Part shown: in pieces, positions 11,801 to 21,200 of the stretch
Position numbering within the stretch: the first letter of the stretch is position 1
How the letters are laid out: the number at the start of each line of letters is the position of its first letter
Translations under genes and position numbers: made by a program
NCBI GenBank assembly: GCA_045613285.1
Contig: JAZLAQ010000017.1
Location: 8,264-72,263 of the forward strand
From: Alphaproteobacteria bacterium
Lineage (GTDB): Bacteria > Pseudomonadota > Alphaproteobacteria > CAAHEQ01 > UBA3637
DNA length: 64,000 nucleotides
Direction: 5' to 3'
The notes under the pieces: generated by a model
Seen by the model: only the letters and a program-made list of their open reading frames with translations
The model's database searches: none
What the model was told of the DNA's origin: nothing

Positions 11801-12981
11801 TACCTTATGGTGGTAAGTTGTTGGTTGAAAATGGTCAAAAAGTTGAAAAAGGGACTCGTTTGGCTGAATGGGATCCGTATACAACACCGATTATTGTTGA
11901 TAAAGCCGGTAAGGTAAAATTTGAAGATTTAATTGATGGGGAAACCATTCGTAAAGTGACAGATGAAGCAACTGGTTTGGATTCAACTGTTGTAACGGAT
12001 TGGCGTCAACAATCTTCAAAACAAGAACGGAAACCGCATGTGGCTTTGTTAAACGAAAAAGGCAAAATCTTTAAATCTGCCAGTGGTGCTGAAGCCCGTT
12101 ATTATTTGGCGGCGAATGCCGTTGTCATGGTAACGGATGGTCAGGATGTAAAACCTGGTGATGTATTGGCCAGATTACCGCGTGAATCTACAAAAACACG
12201 TGATATTACGGGTGGTTTGCCACGGGTTGCTGAATTATTTGAAGCCCGTCGTCCGAAGGATGCTGCTATTATTTCCGAAATTGACGGTCGTGTGGAATAT
12301 GGTGCTGACTTTAAGACAAAACGGCGTATCTTCGTTATTGGTGAAAATGAAGAAGACAAGCGTGAATATTTGATACCGAAAGGTCGAACAGTGGCCGTTC
12401 ACGAAGGTGATATTGTCCAAAAGGGCGACTTATTAGTTGAAGGTTCATTAGTACCACATGATATTTTGCGTATCTTGGGTGTTGAAGCCTTGGCTCACTA
12501 TATGATTAAAGAAGTGCAGGCTGTTTATCGCTTACAAGGTGTGCGTATCAATGATAAACACATTGAAGTTATCGTTCGTCAGATGATGCGGAAATTGGAA
12601 GTTGTTGATGCTGGTGATACAACATTGTTGGCAGGAGAACAAATTGACAAAGAAACTTTGGTTATCGAAAATGTCAAAGCTGCTAAAGCTGGTGGGCGTG
12701 AAGCTAAGGCCGAACCGGTCTTGTTGGGTATTACAAAGGCCAGTTTGCAGACACGTTCTTTCATTTCAGCGGCTTCCTTCCAAGAAACAACTCGTGTGCT
12801 GACAGAAGCAGCAGTTGCTGGTAAGAAAGACCCGTTGCATGGTCTGAAAGAAAATGTCATTGTCGGTCGTTTAATCCCGGCAGGAACAGGAGCACAAATG
12901 CAACGGTTACGTCAAATTGCTATGGGTCGTGATAAAGAAATCATTGATGCACGCAATAAAGAAACCGCAAATGCTGGTTAA
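8842..12981 (+). CDS. rpoC: DNA-directed RNA polymerase subunit beta'
   Basis: 1379 aa with the NADFDGD catalytic motif and zinc-binding Cys residues near the N-terminus. Confidence 0.99.
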   Translation: MNELITNFSPVANPQSFDDIRISIASPEKIRSWSFGEVTRPETINYRTFKPEKDGLFCAKIFGPVKDYECLCGKYKRMKYRGITCEKCGVEVTLSKVRRERMGHIELACPVTHIWFLKSLPSRIGTLLDMMLKNLEAVLYFEKYIVIEPGLTGLKLHDLLTEEQYQQAVEEYGEDTFRVGIGAEAIKEMLSQIDLAGEAASLRAELIETKSDMKRKKIVKKLKLVESFLESGSRPEWMVLDVLPVIPPELRPLVPLDGGRFATSDLNDLYRRVINRNNRLKRLLELRAPEIIVRNEKRMLQESVDALFDNGRRGRAVAGMNKRPLKSLADMLKGKQGRFRQNLLGKRVDYSGRSVITVGPELMLHQCGLPKRMALELFKPFIYSKLEQYGMASTIKAAKKMVEKERPEVWDILSEVIREHPVLLNRAPTLHRLGIQAFEPVLIEGKAIQLHPLVCTAFNADFDGDQMAVHVPLSMEAQLEARVLMMSTNNILSPASGKPIIVPTQDVILGLYYMSMALDGEPGEGMVFSCPQEIEHALFERVVTLHSKIKVRLTIMEDNGVKQTRVVETTPGRMKLAALLPDNSKIPFSLMNRLIRKKEVSDIIDAVYRFCGQKETCIFADRIMNLGYRQAAKSGISFGKDDLIVPTEKKKLLAETEKKTNEFERQYQDGLITRLEKYNKVVDAWASCTDKIAGAMMQGISKIEPGKPVNSVYMMANSGARGSAAQMRQLAGMRGLMAKPSGEIIETPIRSNFKEGLTVMEYFNSTHGARKGLADTALKTANSGYLTRRLVDVAQDAIITIDDCGTDNGITIQPIIEGGDVIATTGERILGRTAAEDIKDPATGEVIVSKNTLIDENDVEKIDNAGVDSVKIRSVLTCEAEDGICAACYGRDLARGTAVNLGEVVGIIAAQSIGEPGTQLTMRTFHIGGAAQRGAEQSNIEAAFDAKIKLGNCNTIKNSAGDVIVLSRNCEVSLLDSNNREKARHKVPYGGKLLVENGQKVEKGTRLAEWDPYTTPIIVDKAGKVKFEDLIDGETIRKVTDEATGLDSTVVTDWRQQSSKQERKPHVALLNEKGKIFKSASGAEARYYLAANAVVMVTDGQDVKPGDVLARLPRESTKTRDITGGLPRVAELFEARRPKDAAIISEIDGRVEYGADFKTKRRIFVIGENEEDKREYLIPKGRTVAVHEGDIVQKGDLLVEGSLVPHDILRILGVEALAHYMIKEVQAVYRLQGVRINDKHIEVIVRQMMRKLEVVDAGDTTLLAGEQIDKETLVIENVKAAKAGGREAKAEPVLLGITKASLQTRSFISAASFQETTRVLTEAAVAGKKDPLHGLKENVIVGRLIPAGTGAQMQRLRQIAMGRDKEIIDARNKETANAG

Positions 12982-12996
12982 AAAATGAAAAATAAG

Positions 12997-13028
12997 ACAC
13001 CCCATCGGTTTCGATGGGGTGTTTTTTT
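12997..13028. terminator. Rho-independent terminator after rpoC, possibly bidirectional with convergent der
   Basis: Perfect 11-bp stem acaccccatcg/cgatggggtgt, 4-nt loop, then a T7 run. Confidence 0.85.
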
Positions 13029-13080
13029 AGACTTAAATATATAAAACTATAAGTTTTGTTTGATTCGTCCTGTATAGTTA

Positions 13081-14460
13081 TTACTTCTTTTTTCTGGAAC
13101 GGGATTTACCGGCATAAGGATTTTCTCGCTTACGCATGTGTATCCGTATCGGAACGCCTACTAAACCGAATTGTTCCCGTATACCGTTGGATAGATACCT
13201 TAAATATGATTCTGGCAGTTGATCCGGATTACTGGAGAAAATAACAAAAGTCGGTGGACGGGCATTGACTTGCGTCATATATTTCATTGGTATTCGGCGA
13301 CCATTACTGGCAATTGGTGTAGGATGAGCTTCGGTCATTGCTTTTAAAAAGTCGTTCATTTTATGTGTGGAAACACGTTTATTCCATAGTTTATAAATAT
13401 GAAAGACTGTTGTCATCATTGGCTCTATCCCAAAACCGGTTTTTGCTGAAACTGTGACAATCGGTAAGCCTTTTACCTGTTGTAGTGAAGATTCCATTTT
13501 TATTTTTAAATCGTTTAAAACTTGTCGCTGATTTTGAACAGAATCCCATTTGTTTAAGGCAATAATCAAACCACGTCCTTCGTCCAGTACTTTTGATGCG
13601 ATCATTAAATCCTGTCGTTCCATCGGTTGATTGGCGTCTAGAACTAAAATAACAACCTCAGCAAAGTCAATGGAGTTGCGTGTATCGGCAGCGGATATTC
13701 TTTCCAAATCATCATCTACTTTACCATATTTTCGAAGACCGGCTGTATCCGTTAAAAGAATTTTATTTCCTTTCCATTCCCAAGGGATTGTAATAGCATC
13801 CCGTGTGACACCGGCTTCCGGTCCTGTCAGAAGTCTTTCTTTTTTTAATAATCGGTTGATGAGTGTTGATTTACCGACATTCGGTCGACCGACAATAGCT
13901 AATTTTAAAGGTTTTTCTGTTTTTTTTCCTTCATTTTCTTCTGACTCAGGGTCCGTATTTTCTGTTGATTTCTCAATTTTACACAGGGGTTTTAATAAAG
14001 TATACAATTTATCCATTCCTAGGCCATGTTCGGCAGAAATAGGGGTCGGATCACCAAGACCTAAACGATAAAATTCAGCCAGTTGGTGTTGTTGCATCTT
14101 TCCTTCACATTTATTGGCTAAGACAAATAATGGTTTGTCTATACGTCTTAATTGTTTCGCAACACGTTCATCTAAACTGGTTAACTCTGAACGTGCATCC
14201 AGAACCAAAACAACGATATCAGCCTCTTCAACAGCCGTTTCTGTTTGTTTCCACATAGCTTTGGCTAATGAACTGGTCTCTTCTAAACCAGCGGTGTCAA
14301 TCAAACGAAATTCTAAGTCATTTAATGTTGCTATGGCTTCTTTTCTATCCCGTGTAACACCTGCACGATCATGTACAATTGCCAATCGCCGTCCGCACAA
14401 GCGATTAAATAATGTAGATTTTCCAACATTTGTTCTGCCGATAATAGCCACTGTTTTCAT
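13081..14460 (-). CDS. der: Ribosome-associated GTPase Der (EngA)
   Basis: Two tandem GTPase domains (GRTNVGKST and GRPNVGKST P-loops; DTAG repeated) plus a KH-like C-terminus. Confidence 0.95.
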   Translation of the reverse strand: MKTVAIIGRTNVGKSTLFNRLCGRRLAIVHDRAGVTRDRKEAIATLNDLEFRLIDTAGLEETSSLAKAMWKQTETAVEEADIVVLVLDARSELTSLDERVAKQLRRIDKPLFVLANKCEGKMQQHQLAEFYRLGLGDPTPISAEHGLGMDKLYTLLKPLCKIEKSTENTDPESEENEGKKTEKPLKLAIVGRPNVGKSTLINRLLKKERLLTGPEAGVTRDAITIPWEWKGNKILLTDTAGLRKYGKVDDDLERISAADTRNSIDFAEVVILVLDANQPMERQDLMIASKVLDEGRGLIIALNKWDSVQNQRQVLNDLKIKMESSLQQVKGLPIVTVSAKTGFGIEPMMTTVFHIYKLWNKRVSTHKMNDFLKAMTEAHPTPIASNGRRIPMKYMTQVNARPPTFVIFSSNPDQLPESYLRYLSNGIREQFGLVGVPIRIHMRKRENPYAGKSRSRKKK

Positions 14461-14472
14461 TTGGATATTCCT

Positions 14473-15732
14473 TTACTTGTAAATCAATAAATCACCCTGT
14501 GTCGTTAATAACAGCATTGTTTCCTTTACCAAAACAGGTGCTTTTAACAGAGGGGATATTTTTTCTTGTCTTTTTTGCTGACCGGTTTTGGCATCTAAAA
14601 ATACCATATTACCCTCTGATGAGGTCAATATAACCTGATTATTGACTAAAACAGGAGCAAACCAATCAGCTGTTTTACTTAATTCTTTTAAGTCTTTTTC
14701 CCAAAATAAAGTACCGTTCTGTTTATCCAAGCAAAGTAACTTATTGTGATTTGTTATCACAAAGACGGAATTGCCACTGATAACCGGTGTTTCACGACCA
14801 CCAAAGGGGAGAGTATAAATCGGCATACCTGTTTCCAGTTGCCATAATCCGCTACGACCGGCATTGCCCACCATAAAAATAGATTTTCCTTCTATGACAG
14901 GGGCAGATGTAATCTGTGGCATATCCAAGAGGGTATTGTATGTTTTGTTTTTCCATAATGTTTCCGCCCATAGCAAGACACCAGTTTCAACATCAAAAGC
15001 ATTGACCCGTCCCGTTGTTGTCGGCATAACAACAATATCCCCTTGAACTGCTGGCGTAGCTACACCAAAGAAATTTGTAATGGTTGGTTTGTCGCCTTTA
15101 TATTGCCACAGTTCTTGACCATCCTTTGTTTTCAAAACAAATAATTCATTATTGATGGATGTAACAAACAAACGTCCTTCATCAGCCGTTGGAGAAGAAC
15201 GTAAAGGAACTTTTAAATCTTTTCGCCATTGTTCTTTACCGGACAGGTTTGTTGCAATAACCAATCCATTCCCGGATACAGCATAAAGAGAATTGCGATA
15301 AATAGATAATCCGACACTTTTAGATGACGTTCCATGAATATCTGCTAATTTTTTACGCCATTTTTGTTGGCCTGTTTTTAAATCGGTAGCCTGTAAAACA
15401 AAACGGCTATCCAGTGTATAAACCGTTGTTCCGAAAATAACAGGACCTGCCAAACTGAAACCTTCTTCATCAACACCATCGCCAATAGATACAATGGCTG
15501 TTTGCTGTATATCTTTCCCTAAGCGTGTATGTGGTCTGTTATTTCGAGAGTTCTTATACTGCATTGTCCAGTTTTCTGTTTTTTCAGCAGAGGATAATTG
15601 CGGTTTACCAGTGCTTTTTTCAAGGGATACTTCCGCGTCAAAAACGGAACGCCTTCCGGATAAGGGAGCTATATCCCCTTTTTCAGTACATCCAAACAAC
15701 AACAGAACGAATAATAACAGTAATTTTTTCAT
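14473..15732 (-). CDS. bamB: Outer-membrane assembly lipoprotein BamB-like (PQQ-type beta-propeller)
   Basis: Lipobox LLLFGC, repeated W-containing propeller blades, and conserved position upstream of der. Confidence 0.7.
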   Translation of the reverse strand: MKKLLLLFVLLLFGCTEKGDIAPLSGRRSVFDAEVSLEKSTGKPQLSSAEKTENWTMQYKNSRNNRPHTRLGKDIQQTAIVSIGDGVDEEGFSLAGPVIFGTTVYTLDSRFVLQATDLKTGQQKWRKKLADIHGTSSKSVGLSIYRNSLYAVSGNGLVIATNLSGKEQWRKDLKVPLRSSPTADEGRLFVTSINNELFVLKTKDGQELWQYKGDKPTITNFFGVATPAVQGDIVVMPTTTGRVNAFDVETGVLLWAETLWKNKTYNTLLDMPQITSAPVIEGKSIFMVGNAGRSGLWQLETGMPIYTLPFGGRETPVISGNSVFVITNHNKLLCLDKQNGTLFWEKDLKELSKTADWFAPVLVNNQVILTSSEGNMVFLDAKTGQQKRQEKISPLLKAPVLVKETMLLLTTQGDLLIYK

Positions 15733-15736
15733 GTAA

Positions 15737-16447
15737 TTATTTCACTTCATTTTGTAACATAACCAAACGTTCACGTAAGGAAGGTTGTAGATTTTCCTGT
15801 GTTAAAGCCATCTCTAAAACCGCTTTAGCCGAATTATTATCACCGGATAAACGATAGAGTAATGCCGATAATTCGGAAGCGTTTCCAAAGAAAACAGACT
15901 CTTTGTCGGCCAATATTGGGGATAAAAGAGCCAATAATTCAGATGTATTTCCGTTATCAACCTGATGCCCGACATAGGAAATTAGGCAAGCTTGGCGTAA
16001 AGCGTTTGGCACATCATCGTTATCTGCCAGACCTTTTAAAATTATTAAGGCTTGTTTTTTATCACCTGTTTTCAGTAAAATACCGGCCTGTTCAATGTCA
16101 GCCAGATATCGGTAACCTGTTTTGCCGGTTTCGGATAAGTTTTTGAAATCGGCAAGGGCTTGCTCATTATTATTTTGAACAGCCTGAATCATAGCAGCTT
16201 CGTATTTATCGGATTCAGATAAACGAACCTTGTTCCACCAAGATTGATAAAATTCCATACCGATTGTAGCTAAAATAACCGCAATGGCGCCGCCAATAAT
16301 CAAAAAACGGTATTTTTTCCACCATTTTACTAACTGTTCTTGGCGAAGTTCTTCATCTACTTCCCGTTCAAAAATTCTTTGCTGAACCGGACAAGTTCCT
16401 GTTCCACAATCCTGTTTATTGCAATCACAATTTTTATCTTTTTTCAT
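15737..16447 (-). CDS. YfgM-like single-TM TPR protein with a Cys-rich N-terminal extension
   Basis: One TM helix (FLIIGGAIAVILATIG) followed by a helical TPR-like region. The yfgM-bamB-der arrangement is conserved. Confidence 0.55.
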   Translation of the reverse strand: MKKDKNCDCNKQDCGTGTCPVQQRIFEREVDEELRQEQLVKWWKKYRFLIIGGAIAVILATIGMEFYQSWWNKVRLSESDKYEAAMIQAVQNNNEQALADFKNLSETGKTGYRYLADIEQAGILLKTGDKKQALIILKGLADNDDVPNALRQACLISYVGHQVDNGNTSELLALLSPILADKESVFFGNASELSALLYRLSGDNNSAKAVLEMALTQENLQPSLRERLVMLQNEVK

Positions 16448-16513
16448 GGTCTTTTTCCTTTTGTTTTTTTAGATGCTATCTTTATAGCAGAAAATCAACT
16501 TTTTCGCAACTTT

Positions 16514-17284
16514 TTATTTTTCTTTTTTTGGTAATTTTCCTAAAATCGGTAAAATCAGGCGAGCCGGTAACATACCGCCAAACCAAGCACCTAATGCCAT
16601 AATCCAAGGAAAAGCCACAATCGGCGGGCGTTTTGAAACACGTTTTTTTATGATTTGAGCTGCTTTTGGGGCGGACATTAAAAAAGGCATTCTAAATTGG
16701 TTTTTATCTGTCAGTGGTGTCTCAATAAAACCAGGACAAACAACCGTTACATGAATGCCAAAGGGCTTCAAAGAACCCCATAGAGCTTCACCCCAGGCTT
16801 TGACGCATGATTTTGATGCTGAATAAGCAGGACAACTGGCCATGCCACGATACCCCGATAAAGAGCTGATGATTACAAGATGTCCCTGTTTTCTTGTTTT
16901 CATTAGTTCTGAAGCCGGTAGGATTGTGTTGATAACACCAAAAATATTTGTTTCAAAAATAGATCGTGTGCTGACGGGGGTCTCGTCCATTCCTAAAACA
17001 CCAGCCGAAACACCGGCGTTGGCTATAACTAAATCTAACGGACAGATCGAATCGGCTTGTCGGACGGCTTTTTCGGCAGTATCTTTGTCAGTTACATCAA
17101 AAAGATAAGTGTAAACATCTGCACCTAGAGTTCGACATTTTTCTGCTGTTTCGTTCAAACGTTGTTCATTTCGTCCACATAAAAATAAAATTATGCCCTG
17201 TTCAGCATAGGCATAAGCAAGTTCCCGCCCGATACCGCTGGATGCACCAGTGATAAAAATAGACTTGTTTTTTTGTTGTTTCAT
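16514..17284 (-). CDS. Short-chain dehydrogenase/reductase (SDR) family oxidoreductase
   Basis: TGASSGIG cofactor motif and YSASK catalytic motif. Start set at MKQQKNK (17284), which has a GAAAGGAA RBS. Confidence 0.85.
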   Translation of the reverse strand: MKQQKNKSIFITGASSGIGRELAYAYAEQGIILFLCGRNEQRLNETAEKCRTLGADVYTYLFDVTDKDTAEKAVRQADSICPLDLVIANAGVSAGVLGMDETPVSTRSIFETNIFGVINTILPASELMKTRKQGHLVIISSLSGYRGMASCPAYSASKSCVKAWGEALWGSLKPFGIHVTVVCPGFIETPLTDKNQFRMPFLMSAPKAAQIIKKRVSKRPPIVAFPWIMALGAWFGGMLPARLILPILGKLPKKEK

Positions 17285-17380
17285 AGGGTTCCTTTCAAAA
17301 AAATACATTTTTTTAAATTTTTTACTTGACAAATCATTTTATATGAGTATAATGCAATTGTCCAGTAAAAAATCACAGAA

Positions 17381-17467
17381 GCCTCTGTGGCGAAACTGGT
17401 AGACGCGACAGACTCAAAATCTGTTGATAGCAATATCATGCTGGTTCAAGTCCGGCCAGAGGTACCA
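17381..17467 (+). tRNA. trnL: tRNA-Leu (anticodon CAA)
   Basis: 87 nt, long variable arm, anticodon loop CTCAAAA, T-arm GGTTCAAGTCC, 3' CCA encoded. Confidence 0.93.
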
Positions 17468-17473
17468 AAACAT

Positions 17474-17501
17474 ACAACTCCCATTTCGGGAGTTGTTTTT
17501 T
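17474..17501 (+). terminator. Rho-independent terminator after tRNA-Leu(CAA)
   Basis: 9-bp stem acaactccc/gggagttgt, 5-nt loop, then a T-run. Confidence 0.8.
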
Positions 17502-17839
17502 ATTTATTTTCAAGCGCTTGTACCGGTTCGGTAACTGCCCTTTCAGAAAGTGCTAAATTTTGTGAACCATCGAACTTTTAATATCCAATTCCGCCTAAAT
17601 TTCAAACGGCGTTTGATGGGACAAACTTGTTTTCAATAAGGCTCATTGCTTTGCGCATAAAAATTGTCCACTGGACATTTTTTATTTACGCAGTTATCGA
17701 ACTATTAAATGCAAAGTACCTTAAAAACAATAACTTATTCAAGTTCAAGTTCAAGTCCGGCAAGAGTTCCAGGAAAAAATTGACTTTTATAATATTTTAG
17801 GTTAAAATCATGTTATCACCTAAATGAAAGGTTGTTTGA

Positions 17840-18799
17840 ATGTCTACTGCAAATTATTCCGTAACTGTTAATTCTTCAAAAAGTGTCAAAAAGAGTAGCC
17901 CTTTTGAAGATATAAAACATCTTTTTTGTTTTGGGGCATTTTTTAAGAAAGCCACTTTCTATACCCAAAAGACGATTGCAGATAAAATTATAGAACCCGC
18001 TAGCATTCAAGAAATAAAGCGAATTTATACAACTCCAGAAGAACCTTTAGAAAAAAAGACAATAGATAAGTTTTTACATTTTTTTTATTGTATGCCCCAA
18101 AACACTTTACCGATGCCTCATACAAATACTTTTGCAATGCCAGGGCGTCCTATGTTTTCACAAATCAAGATGAGTAATGGGCTGACTTATTTAGCAGCGA
18201 TTTCAGAGGTAGGCGAAATCAATTGGTTTCAATCAATTGATGGAAAAGTGAGTGGTTTTAATCCGGCTGAACATACTCTGGATGAAATTAAACAATTATC
18301 TGATAAAAAAGAAATTTTTCCAACCGGTGATTTGAACAGAAATTATTATAAAATCCTTCTTTATCCTTACCATGAAGATGGCAAAATCCGAGAAGATGAT
18401 TTTTTGGATATAGGCCTGAAAAAAGATGCACCACTCAACTCAAGAACACCTGTTCAATTAGATGATCGCCTTTTTGACAGCAGAATGACTTCTTTTGACG
18501 TATTGAAAAAAAGAATTTCAGTAGGTAATGATTCTCTGCCTGTTGGACTGGAATTTCCGCCACATTTATTGAATGTATTTAAGAAATTAGAGGAATTTTA
18601 TGAAGCTCAAAAACCAACACTCGGACAAATGATATATACATTGTTTTCTCAAAAGTGCGTTGGGACAATAAGCCCTTTATTTTCAAATACACCCGGCATT
18701 CGATTTTATAATACAAAAGTTGTTAATCCAAATATAACAACAAAGCTAAGCTCTAAGCATCAATGCGAAATTCCACATCCATTAGTAAATGGAAGATAA
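17840..18799 (+). CDS. Hypothetical protein (319 aa), no recognisable family
   Basis: Long ORF preceded by TTGACT-17 nt-TAAAAT at about 17781-17809. No signal peptide or motif recognised. Confidence 0.55.
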   Translation: MSTANYSVTVNSSKSVKKSSPFEDIKHLFCFGAFFKKATFYTQKTIADKIIEPASIQEIKRIYTTPEEPLEKKTIDKFLHFFYCMPQNTLPMPHTNTFAMPGRPMFSQIKMSNGLTYLAAISEVGEINWFQSIDGKVSGFNPAEHTLDEIKQLSDKKEIFPTGDLNRNYYKILLYPYHEDGKIREDDFLDIGLKKDAPLNSRTPVQLDDRLFDSRMTSFDVLKKRISVGNDSLPVGLEFPPHLLNVFKKLEEFYEAQKPTLGQMIYTLFSQKCVGTISPLFSNTPGIRFYNTKVVNPNITTKLSSKHQCEIPHPLVNGR

Positions 18800-18936
18800 A
18801 TAGGAGTTTATATTTGTTGTGCCAACTTTTTGAAATCCGCATCTGAAAACGATAAAATTTATTTAAGGTTGTCAAAAAAGTCACAAGTAGATATAAACTA
18901 TATCCCCTCTGTCATGTTGAGATAACCCAAAATGGA

Positions 18937-20091
18937 TTAACGGCATAATGCGTAGTAAGTATCACGATTGCGAGAATCATATCCAATAGCTGACAGGTTA
19001 AGAATAATACGGTGTGAGAGACAAGAACCGCTTGGAGGATTATCTGCTAACCAAATAGAGCCTGTGCTTCCTAACAAAGAAAGTGTCTTTGCTGTCTCTG
19101 AACATTTTTCCTCTCCTTCACAGATGCAATAATACGAGGGGTCAGTTGTTTTTGAGTGTTCATAATAACACACAATTTCCCCTGATTCATCCGATATACC
19201 CAAGTCTGATATAGTTAGCAGTTGTTTCCCATGTGATTGACATAGATTAGCTGCTCCCCACCAATTCATCGCAGTCGAACTCTTGTAAACAGTTAAAGTA
19301 CCACTTGGAAGTTCTAATGTATAAGGCATTAAGACACCCTTGTCAGTACAAGCCCCTGTTCCTGGATCACTACAAGTTCCTTTAGAAAATTTACAATATT
19401 CAGTTTCTTCATTACAATCACTATTTTTTGTACAATTCCCTTTTGGAACAGAACAGGTATAAATCGATGAATCAGCTCCCTGTGTACAATAGGTTCCTTC
19501 TTCACAACATTGTTCACCACACATGAACGTTCCATCATTACATTTACATTCTCCGTGATAACAAGTTAAATTCGACATACATACAACTCCCTCACATTCA
19601 GGATCTGTTATGCTTTCGCTTTTGTTATCTATTCCGATCCCATAGATAAATACCATTTCATTTGTATTTTTACAATCGTCTATTTCTACATCTGCTAATG
19701 TTTTTCCTGTATTTATAGCTATGGTAACTTCAGCTCCTTCTGTTTTTCTTATCAGTTCTTCACAAACAGCAGATTTTATACCAGATACTGTTATTCCGAC
19801 TCCATTTTTCACTTTTAAAATATTTGGGTCAAATGTCCCATACTCTGTGGTATTTTTAAATTCCCGCATAGAAAGTTCATGGCCTGAAGATCGTTGTGAT
19901 AACAACACTATAGCACGTTTTGAAGTTTCTGTAAGTAATGTGTTTGCATGATGCTTATTCATTAAATAAGTATATCCTACAATACCACCAACGGATAATA
20001 CACCGACAATTGCCAGAGTTCCCAGCATTTCCACCATCGAACGCCCTTGTTCTTGTTGTTTGTTTTCTGTTACTTTTGCTTTTCTAGTCAT
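18937..20091 (-). CDS. Prepilin-like N-terminus, Cys-rich module and C-type-lectin-like C-terminal domain protein
   Basis: QG/RSMVEMLGTLAIVGVLSVGGIVGY has Gly at -1, Glu at +5 and a hydrophobic helix. A central stretch is dense in Cys (CEGVVCMSNLTCYHGECKCNDGTFMCGEQCCEEGTYC...). The C-terminal part reads WWGAANLCQSHGKQLLTISDLG...YYALCR. Confidence 0.6.
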   Translation of the reverse strand: MTRKAKVTENKQQEQGRSMVEMLGTLAIVGVLSVGGIVGYTYLMNKHHANTLLTETSKRAIVLLSQRSSGHELSMREFKNTTEYGTFDPNILKVKNGVGITVSGIKSAVCEELIRKTEGAEVTIAINTGKTLADVEIDDCKNTNEMVFIYGIGIDNKSESITDPECEGVVCMSNLTCYHGECKCNDGTFMCGEQCCEEGTYCTQGADSSIYTCSVPKGNCTKNSDCNEETEYCKFSKGTCSDPGTGACTDKGVLMPYTLELPSGTLTVYKSSTAMNWWGAANLCQSHGKQLLTISDLGISDESGEIVCYYEHSKTTDPSYYCICEGEEKCSETAKTLSLLGSTGSIWLADNPPSGSCLSHRIILNLSAIGYDSRNRDTYYALCR

Positions 20092-20218
20092 AAATTATTT
20101 CCTTTTATCAAAATTATTTTTATTGGATATTTCTACATCAAAAAAATACATCAGTCAAGCATATTGATAAAAAATAAGCTCGATTTGAAGAAATCGAGGT
20201 TTTGTGGAATACAAACTG

Positions 20219-20422
20219 CTATTTACAAACAACAGAATAGTATGTTTTATTAGTACGTTGCGTATCAATATCTACTCTTGGATTATGATTCAGAGTAACA
20301 TTGTATGCTAAGCATGAATTATTATCGGAAGTCCACCAATTGGAACCAGCCAAACGACCTTTAAATCTGGCCCAAGAACAATTATTAAAAGATTTAGATG
20401 ACTTAGAAGCAAAGGAATTACC
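20219..20422 (-). pseudogene. Start-less C-terminal remnant of a paralog of the 18937-20091 protein
   Basis: The minus-strand frame reads ...NCSWARFKGRLAGSNWWTSDNNSCLAYNVTLNHNPRVDIDTQRTNKTYYSVVCK*. This aligns with ...LLGSTGSIWLADNPPSGSCLSHRIILNLSAIGYDSRNRDTYYALCR*. The frame has no Met and is bounded upstream by TAG. Confidence 0.5.
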
Positions 20423-20721
20423 CTATGATGAATAAAAATAACTATTTTATTGATGATATTGATGATTTAAAGGAAATCCTCTCAATTAAGCAATACAACT
20501 CATCAATTTCTTTGTAATAATTAGCTTGGTATTCGCTAAGCACGCTGTACCAAAAATTAAATAAGTACCTGAAAATGGGACTTTTTATGTCTTATGAATA
20601 CTTACCCGTCAGGGCTTCTCGTTAAGATTGAAAATGCATTTTACTAATAAAAAACAACCTCGGTTTTTATAAAGCCGAAGTTGTTAGAGATAATTAGCTT
20701 TTTATGTATCAGATAAAAGAT

Positions 20722-20931
20722 TTATTCTCGATTACGAGATTTTCCACGTAGTATCTTTAACATCATTTTTCTCTGGTGTTCCGGGTATGTAGAAACATAG
20801 CGCAACAGATCTTCTTGTTCCATACTTCTAAATATAGAATCGATATCTGTTCCACGACTGTATCCCCCTTTACGGCTGCTTGGCATTGTGTTTCCGGCAA
20901 CGGGAGCTATGCTTTCTATATCTTCATACAT
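20722..20931 (-). CDS. Hypothetical small protein (69 aa from MYEDIES...)
   Basis: GAAAGGA RBS before the ATG at 20931. A hairpin plus T-run terminator lies downstream at about 20652-20686. Confidence 0.4.
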   Translation of the reverse strand: MYEDIESIAPVAGNTMPSSRKGGYSRGTDIDSIFRSMEQEDLLRYVSTYPEHQRKMMLKILRGKSRNRE

Positions 20932-21200
20932 ATTGTATCCTTTCTTTTTTAGAAAATCAGAGTATAACAAAAATTAGTTAAGAAGTCAATCTTTTTGAAA
21001 AGAATTGACGAAAAAATACAACGAGATTTATTCTGATAATAAAAATAGAGAATATAATGGAATAATTTGTTTGGTATTATTTTGAGTTGTAATATAAATA
21101 AAAATATTTTGTATATGGAAATGATCTACTGATGTTTTGAAAAGTTGTTTGACTTTTTTATAGAAATGTGTTATAATCCGCCTGAAAAGAGAACCTAATC

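Noticed and set aside
4498-12860. Numerous 60-140-aa antisense or out-of-frame ORFs inside rpoB and rpoC (e.g. 5373-5681, 8186-8608, 9414-9806)
   Set aside because: All are fully embedded in strongly conserved RNA polymerase coding sequence, with no RBS or family resemblance. They are expected by chance in long genes.
17655-17685. Near-palindrome aaaaattgtccactggacatttttt downstream of tRNA-Leu(CAA)
   Set aside because: It is a short AT-rich palindrome with a 1-nt centre and no adjacent gene start. It could be an operator or chance, and evidence is too thin to call.
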